From positions 1 to 35,393 of the IMG/VR virus record IMGVR_UViG_3300025836_000007: 35,393 nucleotides of DNA; one strand, written 5' to 3'. The notes under the pieces are model-generated. The model saw nothing but the letters and a program-made list of their open reading frames with translations, had not been told where the DNA came from and did not search any database. This DNA is from a virus. Below, piece by piece: positions 32,640 to 35,393 of the stretch (position 1 is the first letter of the stretch; every line of letters starts with the position of its first letter). Position numbers and translations under genes: made by a program.

Positions 32640-32998
32640 GACGGCAGCTCCTCGAGGTCGTACACGCGCAGCTGATTGCAACCGACCCACGGCCCGACGG
32701 CGATGTAGAACCCCGATGTGAGCAGGAGATGGGCGCCCTCGACGCGTGCCTCTATCTCGTGCCGGTCCTCCGGGTCGCCGAAACGGAACGCGATCGTCGA
32801 GTGCGGCGGCAACGAGACGTCAGCACCTCCGTGGTCGAACGTGCGGATCGCGACGTCGGACTCGCCGGCGTCCACGACCGCGAGTTCGGCGGTGAGCCGG
32901 CCGATGTCGCGGTGCTGCCGGTTCACGTACTCCTGGGCCCATACGGGCAGCTTGCGCAGGTCGTGACCCATGCCGTCGATGTTCGCGAGGTCTCTCAT
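32636..32998 (-). CDS. hypothetical protein (120 aa)
   Basis: The ATG at 32998 is in an ATGA overlap with the ParB-like gene stop. The Arg-rich 5' part of the track ORF was discarded. Confidence 0.5.
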   Translation of the reverse strand: MRDLANIDGMGHDLRKLPVWAQEYVNRQHRDIGRLTAELAVVDAGESDVAIRTFDHGGADVSLPPHSTIAFRFGDPEDRHEIEARVEGAHLLLTSGFYIAVGPWVGCNQLRVYDLEELPS

Positions 32999-35067
32999 GA
33001 CGTCGCCCCGCTCGGCTCCGCAGCGACGAATGCGGCGACGGCGTCGTGCGAGGCGGTCTCGGTCTCGTCGTAGCTGAAGATGACGCCTGCGATCGTGCCC
33101 AGGTGGTCGGCGACGATGGTGGCGGCGAAGCTGCTGAGGCCGAACACGGCCAGGACGACGCGGCCACCATCGCGAGCGAGATCCAGGCGGGCGCCGCCGT
33201 TGGTGGTGACGGAGCGGCCGGTGCCATCCGGGGCCCACAGCGTCGCGAGCACCTCATCGGTGATGGTGTCGTTGGGCGCGATGTTCTCCGGGGCGCATGC
33301 GTCGACCTCTGAGAAGCGGACCGCGAGCGCGCCGGGGATGATGCCGCTGTCGATGACGTCGGTCTCGGTGCGCAGACCCGCCACGATCGCGAGGCGCTCG
33401 GCGTCCGCCATGAGCGCGGCGGAGGTCAGGCCCACGCCGTGCAGGACCCATGTGCCGTTGGCGCCGGCGAGGGTATAGACGATCTTGCCGCCGGATCCCG
33501 GGGAGTTGTACTCGTAGCGACCGGAGTCCTTGGCGCGGCGCCAGATCAGCGACAGCTCCATGGGCGCGAGGTTGGGGAAGCGGCTGCTCTCATCGCCGAC
33601 GACGCTCTTGGTGATGATGGGCCGGCCGGGGATGACATCGTCGACGACCAGGCTGTCGCCCTCCATGTGGCCGACGATCGCGGCGCTCTCATCGATGCGC
33701 ATCCCGGTGTCGTCGCCGACGACCGTGGCCGGTCCTCGCTTGCCTGTGCCCTTGCAGGCCGGGCAGGTGGAGTACTCGCGGATCCCTGCGCGATTGACGA
33801 AGGTCTTCTTCTCCCCGCCGCAGGTCCGGCACGCGTCGGCCTTGATGACGGCGGCCTCGCACTCGGCGAGCTCGTAACCCGCCAGCTGCAGCAGGTCGTA
33901 GTAGCGGCCCTCGATGTTCGCCTTCATGCCCAGGCCGGCGTTGAACTTGATCGTGTCGTCGATCGCCTTCTCCTGCTGGGCGATCGCGAGCACGAGCAGC
34001 GTCTGCACAGGAGTGGGGGTGAGCGGCATGAACTCATCGGAGCGCGTCTGACCGCCGTACTCGCGACGCTCGATCCCGTGCTCGGTCGCGCGGTGGGCGA
34101 TGTAGACGAGCGCCTCGTTGCTGTGGCCCTTGTTCGCCCCGAGGCCGGCGATCAGGCGGCGTGCGTACTCGTGGCGGACAGTGCGGCACGCCTTGAACGC
34201 GGCGCGGCTTGCGCGCTTGGCGCGGTCCTCGTCGCGCTGCTTCTCGGTCTTGGGCGCCGACGGACTGATGCTGTTGTGCTTGCCGGGCTTCGTGCACCAG
34301 TACGTGATCTCACCGTCATTCTCGACGGTGGCGGCATGCCCTTCGCAGTCGGCGTGGTTCTCGGGAGTCATCCTGTACAGGTAGCCGAGCGGTCGAGCGC
34401 CGACGTTCCACGTCTCGGCCGCACCCTTGAGTACCCTCACGCCGGCGGTCGTGAGCTCTGTTTCGGTGATCTGACACTTCTCGGCCCACTCGCGCGCCTG
34501 GCGGGCGGTGGCCAGCGTGTGGGCGAAGCGCGCGGTGCCGATGTTCTCGGTGAGCTCCGCGACGACCTTCTCGTCGCCGGCGAACTCGACCAGTGCGGCG
34601 CCTTCCTCGAGGCTCGCCTGAACCTCAGCTACCCTGGCCGCCTTCTTCGGGGCCTTGGCGATCACGGCCGCGCAGGCGAGCTGGGCGTCGGAGTAGCCGG
34701 TGATCTCCTTGACCGTCTGGTGGTCGACGCCGAGGGTCATCAGCAGCTGCACGCCCCGGGCGGTGTCGCCGGCGGTCATGTCCTTGCGCTGTATGTTCGC
34801 GGCCATGGCGTCCTCGAGCATGGTCGCCTCGGTCCAGTCCTCGGCGACGTTGACCGGGATCTCGGTGAGCTTCGCGAGCTTGGCCGCGGCGATGCGACGG
34901 TGACCGTCCACGAGCACGTACCTGTTGCCGTCCGCCACGACGATCGGCGGGACGATGATGCCGCGGGCTCTGATCGAGTCCGCGAGCTCCTTGATGCCTT
35001 CCAGCTTCGTGCGCGGCTGGTTCGGGTGATGCTCGATCAGCTCGAGCTTCACGTTGATGAGCTTCAT
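32995..35067 (-). CDS. ParB/Srx-like N-terminal domain protein fused to a DnaJ-type CxxCxGxG zinc finger and a C-terminal region of unknown function (690 aa)
   Basis: IEHHPNQPRT...VLVDGHRRIAAAKLAKL is the ParB GxxRxxA box. CRTCGGEKK...CPACKGTGKR follows. GAGAGGA lies 9 nt upstream of the ATG at 35067. Confidence 0.7.
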   Translation of the reverse strand: MKLINVKLELIEHHPNQPRTKLEGIKELADSIRARGIIVPPIVVADGNRYVLVDGHRRIAAAKLAKLTEIPVNVAEDWTEATMLEDAMAANIQRKDMTAGDTARGVQLLMTLGVDHQTVKEITGYSDAQLACAAVIAKAPKKAARVAEVQASLEEGAALVEFAGDEKVVAELTENIGTARFAHTLATARQAREWAEKCQITETELTTAGVRVLKGAAETWNVGARPLGYLYRMTPENHADCEGHAATVENDGEITYWCTKPGKHNSISPSAPKTEKQRDEDRAKRASRAAFKACRTVRHEYARRLIAGLGANKGHSNEALVYIAHRATEHGIERREYGGQTRSDEFMPLTPTPVQTLLVLAIAQQEKAIDDTIKFNAGLGMKANIEGRYYDLLQLAGYELAECEAAVIKADACRTCGGEKKTFVNRAGIREYSTCPACKGTGKRGPATVVGDDTGMRIDESAAIVGHMEGDSLVVDDVIPGRPIITKSVVGDESSRFPNLAPMELSLIWRRAKDSGRYEYNSPGSGGKIVYTLAGANGTWVLHGVGLTSAALMADAERLAIVAGLRTETDVIDSGIIPGALAVRFSEVDACAPENIAPNDTITDEVLATLWAPDGTGRSVTTNGGARLDLARDGGRVVLAVFGLSSFAATIVADHLGTIAGVIFSYDETETASHDAVAAFVAAEPSGATS

Positions 35068-35129
35068 ACGCGCTCATCCTCTCTGTGGTCGGGGCGCTCC
35101 CGCGCCCGGGGTGGTCAGTTGGCCGGGCG

Positions 35130-35393
35130 CTACTTCTTAAGCGGTGCCGGGTAGTTGGTCACGTTGGTGACGGGCGATGTCGTCGTCACGTCGTACAGAC
35201 CCGCGGCACCGAGGCCGACTTTCAGGCCGCCGATAGCGGCGACGTACCAGCCGGTGGCTCCGAACGCGAAGTCGGCGACGGCCAAGCCCACGCCGATGAC
35301 GACGGCCACGAGCGCGGACCACTTGCCCGACAGGCCGACGCCTTTGAGCAGGTTCACGAGCGCGATGACCGTCAGGACGGACAATCCGAGCGA
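35130..35393 (-). CDS. 3' part of the small multi-TM membrane protein (holin-like), truncated at the window edge; continues at 142..1
   Basis: Track ORF 35130..35384. The reading frame stays open to the window end and is continuous with the GTG at 142 in the circular molecule. Confidence 0.6.
   Translation of the reverse strand, partial: SLGLSVLTVIALVNLLKGVGLSGKWSALVAVVIGVGLAVADFAFGATGWYVAAIGGLKVGLGAAGLYDVTTTSPVTNVTNYPAPLKK
35267..35393. repeat. Terminal direct repeat copy 2, identical to 1..127
   Basis: Same as above. Confidence 0.95.

Noticed and set aside
35068-35129. A parS site or terminator upstream of the ParB-like gene
   Set aside because: There is only a short 6-bp GC hairpin (GGGCGC-TCCC-GCGCCC) with no U-tract. 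There is no 16-bp parS-like palindrome. The evidence is too weak to call.
33439-35154. A 571-aa plus-strand ORF, and similar long antisense ORFs (for example 9868..11103, 18412..19509, 19364..20629, 14928..15938, 28647..29678)
   Set aside because: They lie antisense to genes with recognisable protein families. Their products are Arg/Gly/Asp/Leu-rich and low in complexity, and they have no RBS or coupling context. These are classic shadow ORFs of high-GC DNA.

Overview
The window is a complete, circularly permuted genome of a temperate, visibly high-GC (actinobacterial-type) siphovirus. Bases 1..127 are identical to 35267..35393, so the unique length is 35,266 bp. One gene, a small membrane protein, is split by the linearisation point.

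Almost all genes lie on the minus strand in one long, tightly packed array. About 28 junctions are ATGA or GTGA stop/start overlaps.

Reading along the minus strand (descending coordinates, wrapping through 1):
- Early module: an excisionase-family HTH at 3180, Erf annealase, two tiny TM proteins, a membrane-anchored SLT-like transglycosylase, RusA, and a holin-like membrane protein across the junction.
- Then a 690-aa ParB-like fusion protein, MazG-like and DUF6527-like proteins, many Cys-rich ORFans, a replisome-organiser-like gene carrying an internal iteron array, and an HNH endonuclease.
- A 185-bp regulatory gap follows, then a PAPS-reductase-like gene.
- HK97-type late module: TerS(P27), TerL, portal, prohead protease, major capsid, connectors, major tail, a frameshifted chaperone pair, tape measure, Dit/Tal-like proteins and a tail fibre with Asp-box repeats.
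- Lysis cassette: a CHAP+PG-binding endolysin and a tail-anchored membrane protein.

The plus strand carries only two blocks:
- An XRE-like repressor plus a tyrosine integrase. These are followed by attP, which is the 3' part of a tRNA-Ser(UGA) flanked by 24-nt arm repeats.
- Three tandem zinc-ribbon+TM proteins ending at a bidirectional terminator.

No rRNA, intact tRNA, CRISPR array or transposase was seen. All family calls come from motif recognition by eye, with no searches run. Many long ORFs in the track are antisense or out-of-frame shadows typical of high-GC DNA and were not called.
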